DNA of 64,000 nucleotides from an uncultured delta proteobacterium (GCA_963715335.1 CAVQRZ010000009.1:32001-96000), one strand, 5' to 3'; positions 37,822-49,228 are shown, counted from the first letter of the stretch. Numbers and translations: made by a program. The notes: generated from the sequence alone by a model not told the origin.

Positions 37822-40800
37822 TTAATTGGGACAAAAACACAGTATCAAGTTTCTGGGCCACTTCATTATTAAAGGGACAGTTGTTTTTAAGTGTCCCCGG
37901 TTCCGTCCTCTGGAATCAGTCCAAACCACCTCAAGAACCGGCACTTCCCAACTATCAACCTTGAGCAACTTTTTAAAGTCCAGGTCCTTCGAATCGTCGG
38001 GACGACGTTCGATCATTGCAATGACCTTGACGCTCTCAATCTGCTCATTTGCTGCCGCCCATTTATCTCTGGCACTTTTGGACAATATCCCAATGGGGTA
38101 ACCGGCCGAGTTGCAGATTTCAAGCTTCTCGCCTGAAATCTTGAAATGGACAGGATCGCCGACATTGATCTTTTCCAGATGCTTATGAACGGGATTCGTC
38201 TCAGCCAATTTCCCTGCGAAATCAAGGTAAACATCCTTCATGCCGATGGTGTCATAACGTCGTTGCAACACTGAATCAGGTATCGACTTTTCTCCAGGTG
38301 GAAATGTCACCAGTTGGTCCCCGCTCAGTTTGCTCTGCAAAGTTTCACAAAACGGGTTTCTCTCATCGGCACGACGGAAGAGACTCAAGCGTCTGCTTGG
38401 CCCTAGTTATCGCCACGTAATAGACGCGCCGTTCCTCTTCTTCTTCTCCTTTGCGTGGAGCCCAGCCACCATCTGCAATGAATACGTGATCGAATTCTGT
38501 ACCCTTCGCGAAATGAACTGTGCTCAGGAATACGCCCCGTCCCATAAAGCGATCACGCTTCTGTTCGACCAGGGCTTCCCAAAGATAATCGATAGCCTGC
38601 TGAACCGGTAGCTCGGAATTCCCTGTCTCCACATGCCAGGCTTGAAGACAAGTGGCCAGGAGACTCCACCAGGGTTGCTGCGGTACGACTTTGGTTCCGG
38701 CGGATTCGACGAGTAAGGTTTCCAGTTCTGTGGCGCGCTTCAAATCGTGCCGCATTGGTTCCAAGGTCGCAAAAAACTGGTGGATCTCACGTACTCTGCC
38801 AATCGGTAGGCTCAAGTCCTGTCGAGCATAAGCGACAGGTATGCCGACATATTCAAGGGCAGCACGAATGGTTGCAAGTTCTTCGTGGGTCCGTGACAAC
38901 ACGGCGCAGTCAGACCACTGCAACGCGGGATTACACTTCTTGAGTTTTTCCAGTTGCGAGACAAGGGCCTTGGCCTGCGCATTGCGATCAGACACCTGAA
39001 GAATCTGAACACGCCCTTTGGCAAACGGGTCAAGGTGTGTCCAATCGCCACCTGGCACCAGCCGCTCTCGTCCTTTGTTGATCCGGATGGGATACTCAGT
39101 TTTCATCCGATCGCGGTTCTCAGAGATATGAGCATTCCCCGCAGCAATGATATTGGCTGTTGAGCGGAAGTTCTCAACCAGGTGATGAAAGCGGGCCTGG
39201 TAATCCTTTTCGAATTGCCGAATGAAGGCGACATTAGCCCCACGAAACGTGTAAATATTCTGGTCGTCGTCCCCCACAGCCATGATCGTCAGCTTGGCGT
39301 CGTCGTCTTCCAATGTCCGCCCGGCAATGGCAGAGACCAGATCATACTGACGCTGATCAATATCCTGATATTCATCCACCAAAATGTGCTGATACCCGGC
39401 CAGCAGCCTATCGCGAAGTTCATCTTGCACCAAGCCAGGCAGGTCCTCCTCGCCTTTCAGCAAACGGATCGCCTGATCAATCAGGGCATCGAAATCGATC
39501 CCTTCATCCCCTTCTTTGGCCAGTCTGTCGGCAAAGGATGTCCCGGTCAGCCGCATCGCCAACCCGTGATAAGTGAGGACCGTCACTCCGATGGCATCGG
39601 AGCCAACCAGTTCCCAGAGCCGATGCCGTAATGAACTGGCGGCCTGACGATTAAAGCAGAGAATGAGGACGCTACTGGCTGGGACACGAGCGACACGCAA
39701 CAGATAAGCGCAGCGATGCACGACGACACGGGTCTTTCCCGAACCTGGGCCTGCCAGCACCAACATGTTTTCGTTGACAGGAGCCGACACGATGGCCATC
39801 TGCACCGGGTTTTCCAGATTGTCGACGATCCGCCGGTAGGAGTCCTGACTGGTTGCCCGATCCAGAATCTCTTTGCGACCGGCAAAGAAGCGTTGTACGA
39901 AGTCACGTTTATCCATGGCGAAGTAAGCCGCAACCAAACCAAGCGCCTGCTTGATCTTTTCCACACCGAGGCGGGCGTACTCGTTCATGACGTGCACCTG
40001 GAATGTCCGCTCTTTATAGTGGTGCTCCAGTGGGTTGTAGTCCCCCTTGGTGTATTTCCGTTTGCTTTCAAGCAGACGGATCGTCATGGCCTGACGAAAC
40101 ACGGCCAGACCTTGTTGAAGGACGATCACCTTCTGCTCATGCAGAAACATCAAGGCTCGCTCAATCGCAGCCAGCTCATTTTTAACCTGGCCGGAGAGGA
40201 ACATGTCGCCTTTCAAGGCGGCAACCAGATCATCGAGAGAGAACTCAACCAGGATATCTGCACCAGCCGGGGTTGATTGAGGGATCTTGTCGATAATGGC
40301 CTCAAGGAGGACTTTTGCCAGACTGGAACGCAATTGCGAGGTCTTGATCAAGGCCTCCCAGTCTCGATGCAACTTGACCAGATAGTGCTCCGCATTGCGA
40401 TAAATCAGATCAAGGCTGCCTCGCTGACCTGCCAAGGCCCTTCCCGTCCCGGGCTAGGCTGCTCAAAATGGACAGTAAAAATTCTGGGACACTGGCAAAG
40501 TTCTGATCCAGGAGGCGCTGGTTCACCCGGCGTGGCGAAAGATGCAACCAACCCTCGGCATCTGGTTCTTCTTCCTGAAGCACCTTCAATAGAGCAGTTT
40601 CCAGCTCACAGACCTTGTCCAAGGCCAACAGGGAGTGATTGGCAATTTTGTAGCGTACAAAGGCCGTAAGCAGCAGGTCCCGCTTAATCAAGCCCGCTTC
40701 AGCCATATCATTCATTGTTTTGAGAATGCGCTGGGAATCCGCCATGCGTATTTGATGACCGCCCTCAGCGACCTGTTCAGGCGGGTCTATGAATTCCGGC

Positions 40801-43117
40801 AACTCGGCCAGTTGATCAGCACTCAAACCCTCATCGGGATTGGCATTCATCAGCGCCGTGAGGATTGCCATCCAGCGCCGCTTGGTCAGGACCGGCAAAT
40901 TCAAACTGGAAATTTTTTCCTGCGCTTCATCCAGATTGCGAATCGCCGGACGCCCCTGAAACACGCCAGTGCTATTGTGATTGCGCTCGACAAATCCGGC
41001 CCGCTCAAGCCAGGCAACTGCGGTTTTCACCTTGGTGTCAGCCTGACTGTCGTCGTACTCAAAACTGGTATCGACAACATCGCTCCGGAGAATTTCTCCG
41101 GTCGTGATTACAATTTCACCGTCTCGGTTCTTCTTAGCCAGCCGCAGCCCACGCAATATCTGCCAGATATCTCGAAGACTCAACTCCGACATTGCACCCA
41201 TCTTGAACTGGGTCTCGATATCCTGTTCGTCGTAGAGGAGAATGCACTCAGCATCTTTCTGATCACGACCGGCTCGTCCTGCTTCCTGAAGATAGTTCTC
41301 CAACGACCCGGGAATTTCAGCATGAATGACCAGGCGCACATTGTCCTTGTCGATCCCCATGCCGAAGGCATTCGTCGCAACAATCACCTGAATCTGCCCG
41401 GCAATGAAATCTTCTTGTATCTGTTTTTTGATCGGAGCCTTCAACCCGGCATGGAAGGCAGCAGAAGAGAGCCCCTTCTTAATCAGATATTCATTGATGT
41501 TTTCGGTCTGGCGCCGTGTTGCGGCGTAGACGACCGCAGCACCTTCCGGGGTCAAACGTTCGGCGAGGAGATCATAAACCCGCTCCATCTTCTCGGCACG
41601 GCTGACGGTCTGGACTTCGAAATGCAGATTGTCACGATCGACACCACCTTCGAAAAGTCGCAATTCCTGACCAAGCTCACGTCGGAAGTAATCAACAATC
41701 TCCTCTTCCACAGCCTTTTTCGCGGTGGCCGTGAAACAAGCGATTGCCGGAATCGGCACCCCCTGATCTTTGGAGAACTCACGGATAAACCGTGCGGCAT
41801 AGAGATAATCAGTGCGGAAGTCATGTCCCCATTTCGAAAGACAGTGCGCCTCATCGAAGACCCAGCAACCGATCTCACGCTGACTGATGACTTCCTTAAA
41901 CGAGCGATTGCGCAACTGTTCCGGGGAGACATAGAGGATGGCGGTATCGCCCAGGCGAACCGATTCGAGCACCTGCCCTCGCTCAGGCGGTGTCAACATC
42001 CCATAGAGGGCTGCGGCAAAAGGAGTGCCGGTTTTGGCAACCAGATTGTCGACCTGGTCCTTCATCAATGCCTGAAGGGGTGAAATGACAATCGTCAGCG
42101 TGCCACGTCGGTAGTTCCGTACCAGAGCAGGCAATTGAAAGCAGAGGGACTTTCCACCACCGGTGGGCAAGATTGCTAACTGTGCCTGATCACTCATGCC
42201 GTGCCGAACGATCGCTTCTTGCAGGCTGGTCCCATCTGGTGTGGAGGGCTGTGGACGGAACGCTGAAAACCCAAAATAGCGCTGCAATTGACCGACAGGA
42301 TCATGATTTAACCGGCAGTATTCACAATTCGGGTCTTCGCAGGGAACATCGCGCAATTGTCTGAGGATCGATACCGTACCAGCGAAGTTCTTTCTGACCC
42401 AGGGTGGCAGGACGGAGTTGTGCCCAGAGACCCTCAGCCAGGCAACACAGTATGCGAGGGTGGCGCACTCATCCGGGTCCCAGATGTACTGTTTGGAAAC
42501 GGTTCTCAGGGCCGACTTACAAACTTTCCCATCTGTTATTTCATTCAGAAGCTTGATTGAATCTTCGAGCTGAATTGGCTGTGCACCAAGACTCTTGAAA
42601 ACCTCGCGAAGCCCTACCCACTTGGTCGTCTGCTCATCCGAGTTTTCAAAACAGAACCGGTAGAAATCCAAAACCCGGGGGCTGTGCTGATGGAGTTGTT
42701 CAAATGCTTCCCATTGATCAGCAAAGATCGATGCTGCAAGTTGGGCGTCTGCAACGGGGTCGTTTACTGATTGACGAACCAGTTTGTAGTCTTTGACAAG
42801 ACGGTGGTAGGGGTTTTCCGGAAAAGCGAGAGGAGAAAGATAGAGGGTATCGATGACCGGCTTTTTCAGCAGGTCAAGTTGCGGGGCGATATGTCTCCAG
42901 TAGCGGTAAGTCGTGGCCAAGGATGATTGTGACCAAGGACATAGGTTGCCTCGGCACCGAACTGATCAAGTTCAGACAGAGCTTCTTTAAGGTTGAATCG
43001 GCCTTGTCTCTCAAAAGTCTGATCCTGAAAAACAGCACCGATTTTGAAGATTTTCCCTTCAGGGGTGGTTTCTAGATCAAGAAGCAGAGATTTTGTGAGA
43101 AGCTCTTGTAATTTCAT
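37822..43117 (-). CDS. Large exonuclease-like/RecQ/UvrD fusion helicase, split by at least four +1 indels
   Basis: DLET and restored GHNILGHDLP (DnaQ-like); PTGGGKS, DEAHC, QEAGRAGRD (RecQ); AGPGSGKT, DEYQD, VGDDDQ, YVAITRA (UvrD); indels near 42925, 42897, 40435, 38389. Confidence 0.85.
37874..37898. repeat. REP hairpin copy within the last codons of the helicase ORF
   Basis: GGGACAGTTGTTTTTAAGTGTCCCC. Confidence 0.8.
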
Positions 43118-43190
43118 TCAGTATCGCAATCTATAAAAATTTCCAACTCACTACAACAAGGACAAGACAATGGTCAGCCTGACATCCAAT

Positions 43191-43235
43191 GGGGGACACT
43201 TAAAAGGGCCCCTTGTTTTTAAGTGTCCCCGGCTC
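43191..43235. repeat. Compound REP (rightmost copy seen)
   Basis: GGGGGACACTTAAAAGGGCCCCTTGTTTTTAAGTGTCCCCGGCTC. Confidence 0.85.
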
Positions 43236-43266
43236 GAATTGCACAGGTCAATCTTCAGAAGTGTTA

Positions 43267-45240
43267 TTACAAAACTGAGAAACCAATTCTGCGGAGGTAA
43301 TTAAATGTAGTGTCATAATAATCTGGATTCCGTGTCACATCTTCTGCATCTCCTGGCGGAATGACGATCACCATGCCTTGGCGGGCTCTTGTAAGCAAAA
43401 CTCGATAAGCATTTTTAAGGTAAGATTTACGCTCTTCCTTGTTGATGTTGCACCATTTACTGCCCCTGAAAGACTTGCAATCCCAACCTTCTCGTGAAAA
43501 ACGAAAATCAGCATCCCACGTCACACACACCCAGTCTAACTCAAGCCCTTGAACATGAAATTCCGTTGCGACAGCTTCTAAGTAATATGAGGATCTGACA
43601 TCGCTTTTACCATCAAGAAACCAGTTAACAGGATTCATTGGCGAGCGAACATCTATAGCATGCGGCTTGAGTCGTTCGGCTTGCGAAGAAACTACAATTC
43701 CATAACGTTCCGTACCGCGGGCTTTCAATTTTAACCATTTTTTGGCTTTATCAATATCGCGGGTAATAACAATAGGATATTTTTCCGTCACACAGTTCAA
43801 TGTCTCGCGAGCGCCTTCAATATCTATATCTAAGATCTGCTTTACCAACAGAGATACATGCTCGGCGCGAAAGGACCTCATTGATACCGAAAGATGCAGG
43901 TCATCATTGAAAAATACATTTTGTCTTGATGACAAATTCATCAAGTTAGCTTCAGCAGAGTATTCACTGTCTGATAGTTTCGGTGAAATATGTACATGCC
44001 ATTCAGGAAATTGATCATTCAGGGCCTTAATCCATTCCGTAATACCAGCTTCACCAGTATTAATTTCTTGTCCTCCACCAACTAGGCAGATGATCACAGC
44101 CCAATCATTGTGTCGATCTAGACAGGAGATTAGAAACTCCGGTTCAGATCGATTAAAGTCAGGCATATTTTTTTTGCGGCGCATGAAAAAAGATGTCTGC
44201 TCAACGTCCCAAGCACGTTGAGCCTCATCAAAAAGGACCACATGTTCGATAGGCGGAGAAGAGTCCTTAAGACACTCGTCTCTGAAATGATGGACATTTT
44301 GGATGAACGCTTTGACTTCACTCAATGCGGTAGACTTTTTTAGTTTCACTCCTTTCTCTTTGGCACGAGTAACCTTGTCTCTGGCTAAAGCTTCGCAAAG
44401 AATTGACACAAGGGGGCCATTACCAGAGAGAAAAACGCTATAAAGATCATCTTTTTTCTCAATATGTTTGGTCGCTACATTTAAGCCGACCAAGGTTTTC
44501 CCTGCACCAGGTACACCAGTTACAAAGCATAGGGCCTTATTTCTGTGTGCCCTTGAAACTTTAATCACTTCATCAATAGCATCTGATGTTTTCGTCAAGT
44601 TTATAGCTGTTGCATCACTACGTGAAATATCAGCTACAGAATGCTCGTTGTATAAAGCAGTAGCAGCCTCAATAATTGTAGGTGTAGGTTTATATTTCCC
44701 CCCTTCCCAGTCATCCCTATCAATGGGCACCCCATCAACAAATGACAGCACATTCTCTATCACAGAGTTTAGTAATGACGTGTTAGTCACAATAGGAGAA
44801 AGCAACCTGTCGTCTTGATGTGTGAAGGAAACTAATGGACTGCAAGAAGAGGCTTCTGTGGCAACAAGTATTGGGACTACATATTTTTCATGACTAGTTT
44901 CGTGGAAATTTTTTAAATCGAGGGCATAATCCCAGACTTGATCAATTGCATGCGCCTTAAATTCTGTTTCACCGACTTTAAATTCAAGCACAAAAATTGC
45001 TGGCCCAATCAATAAAACAGTATCTATTCGACGCCCCATTCGAGGGATAGCATATTCGAAATAAATACTCCCTTCGTATGCTTTAGTCAGTTGTTTCAAG
45101 ATTTTAATTTGTTCTTCCCATGCATACCTTTGGGTTTGTTCAATAGCGAACTCACTATTCGATGCAAGAGCACCAAGGACCTCATGAATTGGTGAGGTTT
45201 GAAAGGAATTGATATTGTCTGAGTAATAGGCGCGTTTCAT
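43267..45240 (-). CDS. DUF2075 / Schlafen-group-3-like helicase with N-terminal nuclease-like domain
   Basis: RRIDTVLL...[37 protein letters not shown]; visibly AT-rich. Confidence 0.85.
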   Translation of the reverse strand: MKRAYYSDNINSFQTSPIHEVLGALASNSEFAIEQTQRYAWEEQIKILKQLTKAYEGSIYFEYAIPRMGRRIDTVLLIGPAIFVLEFKVGETEFKAHAIDQVWDYALDLKNFHETSHEKYVVPILVATEASSCSPLVSFTHQDDRLLSPIVTNTSLLNSVIENVLSFVDGVPIDRDDWEGGKYKPTPTIIEAATALYNEHSVADISRSDATAINLTKTSDAIDEVIKVSRAHRNKALCFVTGVPGAGKTLVGLNVATKHIEKKDDLYSVFLSGNGPLVSILCEALARDKVTRAKEKGVKLKKSTALSEVKAFIQNVHHFRDECLKDSSPPIEHVVLFDEAQRAWDVEQTSFFMRRKKNMPDFNRSEPEFLISCLDRHNDWAVIICLVGGGQEINTGEAGITEWIKALNDQFPEWHVHISPKLSDSEYSAEANLMNLSSRQNVFFNDDLHLSVSMRSFRAEHVSLLVKQILDIDIEGARETLNCVTEKYPIVITRDIDKAKKWLKLKARGTERYGIVVSSQAERLKPHAIDVRSPMNPVNWFLDGKSDVRSSYYLEAVATEFHVQGLELDWVCVTWDADFRFSREGWDCKSFRGSKWCNINKEERKSYLKNAYRVLLTRARQGMVIVIPPGDAEDVTRNPDYYDTTFNYLRRIGFSVL

Positions 45241-45264
45241 ATGATGTGATTACCTAAGAAGAAT

Positions 45265-45672
45265 CTAAACAAGACGACCAATGACAGTCAAATATGTCGA
45301 CAAAACCGGCAGGTCTGCTTCTGCCCAATCAAGCTCGTGAAGTTTCTCTGGGGGCTTCCAATTTACAGCAGCATGCTCATGCAAAACGATCTCACCGCTT
45401 TCAATGAAACAGATGAATGGGTACAGAGTTATCGTAAAATCCGGGTAGTTATGCGTGTGTCTCGGAAGAGCCTTTTGGATGTCCACTGCAATACTCATCT
45501 CTTCAAACATCTCTCGCTTCAAACACTCCTCAGGGGATTCACCCTCATCGATTTTCCCTCCAGGGAATTCCCATTTAAAAGGAAGCTTCATATTTGCCCC
45601 TCTTTGAGCAGCAAGCACAAAACCACCATTTTCGACAATTGCACAAGTTACATGAAGATGTTTATGTTCCAG
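45265..45672 (-). CDS. MutT-like Nudix pyrophosphohydrolase (start uncertain, possibly CTG at 45672)
   Basis: WEFPGGKIDEGESPEECLKREMFEE Nudix box; HVTCAIVE strand lies upstream of the track's start. Confidence 0.85.
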   Translation of the reverse strand: MEHKHLHVTCAIVENGGFVLAAQRGANMKLPFKWEFPGGKIDEGESPEECLKREMFEEMSIAVDIQKALPRHTHNYPDFTITLYPFICFIESGEIVLHEHAAVNWKPPEKLHELDWAEADLPVLSTYLTVIGRLV

Positions 45673-46062
45673 TTAATAACCCATCTTCCCAGGCACACAT
45701 CCTCGTACCCCACCACGCGGATCAGCAACATCCCCTGCTCGTCTCGGAATCAAATGAATATGCGCATGCATCACTGTCTGCCCGGCAACTTCGCCGCAAT
45801 TCATCCCTATATTGAACCCTTCGACACAGGGATCGTCCTCCAGAATCTTGCTCTTAAGTATGAACAACAAGGATTCCGCATCACGACGCTCACGCGACAT
45901 AGCGAAGAAGTCATGCACGTGTCGTTTGGTGATGACAAGATGATGCCCTTCAGTGACCGGAAACTTATCGCGTACCGCGCAGACCGTGCCATGCTCGACG
46001 ACCACGCGGGGGCCATTAATCAAGTCACAGAAAACACAACCGGATTCAGTGACAGCACTCAT
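45673..46062 (-). CDS. HIT family hydrolase
   Basis: CVFC, DKFPVTEGH, AGQTVMHAHIHLIPRR. Confidence 0.92.
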   Translation of the reverse strand: MSAVTESGCVFCDLINGPRVVVEHGTVCAVRDKFPVTEGHHLVITKRHVHDFFAMSRERRDAESLLFILKSKILEDDPCVEGFNIGMNCGEVAGQTVMHAHIHLIPRRAGDVADPRGGVRGCVPGKMGY

Positions 46063-47042
46063 GCGCTCAACCTGAACTCTTTACGATGCCAGCCAAGAAA
46101 CTCCTGTGCCGGCCATAATTCACGATCAGCAGGCGGTAAAACACCTCGCCCTGCCATGGTCTGCAAAACTCCAGGCACATTCGGATCGGCACCGATCTGT
46201 CGTGAGGCAATCACATTGTAATCGCACGACACACCGACCACGCCGCGATCAAATGCCCAGTGACAGAGTTTGCAGAGCGCCATACCGTTGCGCACATCAT
46301 CGTTCCGGCTCTTGCTCCAGGGGACAATATGCGCGGCATCGACAGCCGTATGCCCTTCAGGCGTGATAATGCGGAGTCCGCACAAGGCACAGCGATGATC
46401 GTAGGCCGCAACCACCACACGGCGGAAACCCTGGTCACGCACAGCCGGCTTGTAACTGTCTGTGTCAACGATGTCCTTGACGAGTGGTTGGTGGGCCTTT
46501 TCGTACAACACCTGGCTGTAAACGTACGCTTCGTCGTTGATGGCGATCTGTTCGGAAAGGGAAGCCTGGGCCTCAGTCGAAAAGCAAGACATCAACAAGG
46601 TGTTCCTTAACGCCTCACGACTTTCAGCAATCTGCATGAAGCGAAAAAGCTCTTCATCAACCTGGGCAGCCACAGCATACTTGCGCAACTGCGTTACATT
46701 GTTGATGCTATTCAGAACAGCGGGTTCGAAGGGCTCGCCACTTATAGATACCAACGTCCAAAAAGGTTCATTGTGCAACCGTGAAAAGGGAAAGGCGATA
46801 CTGCTGGTATGTCCAAGTGGAGCAACACGACGCCAGTAACCATTAAACAACTCGTTGGCTTCAACCAGGTCATCAGTGACACCCAGCACCGGCGAATCAA
46901 ACACCCCACGACTGACCAGATCGATAATCGACAAGAGCAGGATTGGCTTGTGCGGTGCACGCTTCAACGTCGCCTCGTTCCAAATTGGACCGGGCGCACG
47001 GTTGAGTTGTGCAAACATTTGCAGATATGTGTCTAAACTCAA
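46059..47042 (-). CDS. HNH endonuclease with SBD-like N-terminal domain (putative modification-dependent restriction)
   Basis: APHKPILLL, FPFSRLHNEPFW; RDQGFR...CALCG...AAHIVPW...NGMALCKLCHWAFD. Confidence 0.8.
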   Translation of the reverse strand: MSLDTYLQMFAQLNRAPGPIWNEATLKRAPHKPILLLSIIDLVSRGVFDSPVLGVTDDLVEANELFNGYWRRVAPLGHTSSIAFPFSRLHNEPFWTLVSISGEPFEPAVLNSINNVTQLRKYAVAAQVDEELFRFMQIAESREALRNTLLMSCFSTEAQASLSEQIAINDEAYVYSQVLYEKAHQPLVKDIVDTDSYKPAVRDQGFRRVVVAAYDHRCALCGLRIITPEGHTAVDAAHIVPWSKSRNDDVRNGMALCKLCHWAFDRGVVGVSCDYNVIASRQIGADPNVPGVLQTMAGRGVLPPADRELWPAQEFLGWHRKEFRLSA

Positions 47043-47591
47043 AATCCCAACCTTAGCTATTCACAGACATTCCAACAAAAAACCGTCTCTCCAGATACAC
47101 TGGCTCAGACGGTCGACAAAGTTTTAGCTCTCTCCCCCTGCTATTACCATAAATCCCTCAAAAAACAAAAAGAGCACCGGCAATAATGCGCAGCACCCCC
47201 CTTTTTTTGAATCAAAAAAAGCAACAAAAACGTATCTTCCAAAGTGAAGACAACTCGTTGAAAATACTCTTTTGGTTTCGATACGTCAAGTTGAACAAGG
47301 CCGCGTAACGCGGGACGAGAAACACGACAACCTATAATTCTAGGGGCACCCCACTTAATACCTAATGCCAGCTTCTTTATAAAAAACCTGAGCATAGAAA
47401 AATCCCAGCCTCCTTGAGAAAACCGGGATTCCTTGCCAACTAATGGTCAATAATTGTTCGAGTCCGGCACGGCTCCCCGAGCTGGACGATAATGGGCACT
47501 GGGATGAAGGATTTGAAATCTGAGCCTTAGGACCTAATTAGCCGGCAAGAGAGAGAGTGCCATTCGGCTGAACAAAGTATCCAGGAACCGA

Positions 47592-48857
47592 CTAATTTTC
47601 TACAAGAGAGAAGGAGTTTAAGAATTGTCGGCGCCACATCAGTCCTCTGTCGATTTCGCTCAATTGAGCTTCGTCGCAGACATCTGCCCAATTATTCTCT
47701 ATGACCTCTTTTTGCCTATCAAAAATCGTTCGGGCATCGTCCTCTGAAATCAGGAAATTATGTGCTGTTGCCAGGCAATTTTTCAATTGGCTTAGGTTGT
47801 TGTTACCACAGATCAACATGGCCTGTGATGCTTCATTACCAGAGCGCCCTTGTGGGCAGATATCGTAGGCAGGTGTAAGGCTAAGACTTTTGCCGTCCCA
47901 AAAAGCGGCATGGTTGCGAGCGTGGTCATCCGTATTGCCACACAGGACATTAAAAACAAGCCTTGAATACAACTCTTTTAACGTCTTCTTTGGTTCAGCG
48001 AATCGATATCGGACAATTTCTGCAAAGGTTTCATAGCTGGCATAGCGCGCCATCATATCATCCAGGCCAAACAAGGTTAATGCTGAAACCATAGCTTTCC
48101 GTGTCCATTCATTATTTATTTTTTCCCGATCGAACCTTTCTATGAGCAACACGTCTTTGTGTGCGGCCCTCACCAACCTAACAGGCGCAACATCTAAATC
48201 TATAAGTGCAGCGAGTTTCATAGCAATAAATTCCGCCTTAACAACGCTGTACAAATCAGAGCGAGAGGAGAACTTGGCAACGTACTTCTTGCCTTGGTCC
48301 TCCACTAAAGCCTTGGGTCGCGCGCCGCCGATAGAGCTGCCGTGAAACAAAGCTTGATCAAGGTCTGGGGTTAACGGCACACCTTTTTCTACTCTTGCCG
48401 CAGACTCAAGGAGTTCTTCCAGCGTGGCATTTGTAGATAAGCGAGGCACATATTCTGTCGGTGAGACTTGAAAATCCAGCGCACCAATTCGATCAGAGCC
48501 CGACTCGAGAAGGTATGTCAATTCATCAAGCACTGCGGTATCTGTCTCGGCGCTCTTAAGTCCCAGTTTTTTATTGATGATGACACGTCGCCCCCACGCA
48601 TCCGGGGACGCGTCCCTGATGCATCCTGGCATTTTAAGACCGTCCAGCAAAGGGAGATCTCCGGCCTTCAGGGGAAGTTCAGGTTCATAAAGGGATATGG
48701 CAGGCGTGGTGCTGTTAACTCGGTCCAGATAACTTTTACCATAGTTAAACAGAAGAGTGTCTTTGTTCGCTTCCAGCCTGCCGGCAACAACAGGCCTGGT
48801 TGCTCCGGGCAACCAGACCCAGACATAGGCTTCATCATACTGACCATTAGAAGTCAT
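47592..48857 (-). CDS. hipA: HipA family kinase toxin
   Basis: DASPDAWG, GSSIGGARPK, ERFDR, NTDDHARNH, LTPAYDI. Confidence 0.9.
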   Translation of the reverse strand: MTSNGQYDEAYVWVWLPGATRPVVAGRLEANKDTLLFNYGKSYLDRVNSTTPAISLYEPELPLKAGDLPLLDGLKMPGCIRDASPDAWGRRVIINKKLGLKSAETDTAVLDELTYLLESGSDRIGALDFQVSPTEYVPRLSTNATLEELLESAARVEKGVPLTPDLDQALFHGSSIGGARPKALVEDQGKKYVAKFSSRSDLYSVVKAEFIAMKLAALIDLDVAPVRLVRAAHKDVLLIERFDREKINNEWTRKAMVSALTLFGLDDMMARYASYETFAEIVRYRFAEPKKTLKELYSRLVFNVLCGNTDDHARNHAAFWDGKSLSLTPAYDICPQGRSGNEASQAMLICGNNNLSQLKNCLATAHNFLISEDDARTIFDRQKEVIENNWADVCDEAQLSEIDRGLMWRRQFLNSFSLVEN

Positions 48858-49179
48858 CTCGGATTTCCCTCTTCTTTCCTTGGGTACGTTTAGGCAACAA
48901 CGCAATTTTGTCTCTTGTCTGATTGAGTTGCATTGACAAAGGCGATTCATCACTTTCAAACAGAGGGAACCCGACCAGGGCGGCAACTTCAAAATACGAA
49001 CCGATGGCGCAACTCACTTCGCCATTTTCAATTTTCTGCAATGTTGCTCTGGAGATACCGGCGCGTTCAGATAGATCGCGCTCCGACCAGTTCCGTTGTT
49101 TGCGTCCCAATTTAATTTGTTCCCCAAACAGAGAAGCTGCTTCTTGAGCGTATTTTGAATGGATTTTCTTCTTTCCCAT
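48847..49179 (-). CDS. XRE-HTH antitoxin (HipB-like)
   Basis: LSERAGISRATLQKIENG; overlaps the hipA start. Confidence 0.85.
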   Translation of the reverse strand: MGKKKIHSKYAQEAASLFGEQIKLGRKQRNWSERDLSERAGISRATLQKIENGEVSCAIGSYFEVAALVGFPLFESDESPLSMQLNQTRDKIALLPKRTQGKKREIRDDF

Positions 49180-49228
49180 TTCAGCACCTTTCAGGATTGC
49201 CTATTTTATTAGTCATAGGATGCGCCTG

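Noticed and set aside
37822..43117. Programmed frameshifting in the helicase
   Set aside because: No slippery sequences at the indels; similar indels in unrelated genes point to consensus error or decay.
20508..43235. REP copies as a CRISPR array
   Set aside because: Spacing is irregular (tens of bp to several kb) with whole genes between copies, and there are no cas genes.
20508..43235. Classical integron with attC sites
   Set aside because: No intact IntI; the hairpins lack RYYYAAC/GTTRRRY ends; several enclosed genes have their own promoters or opposite orientation.
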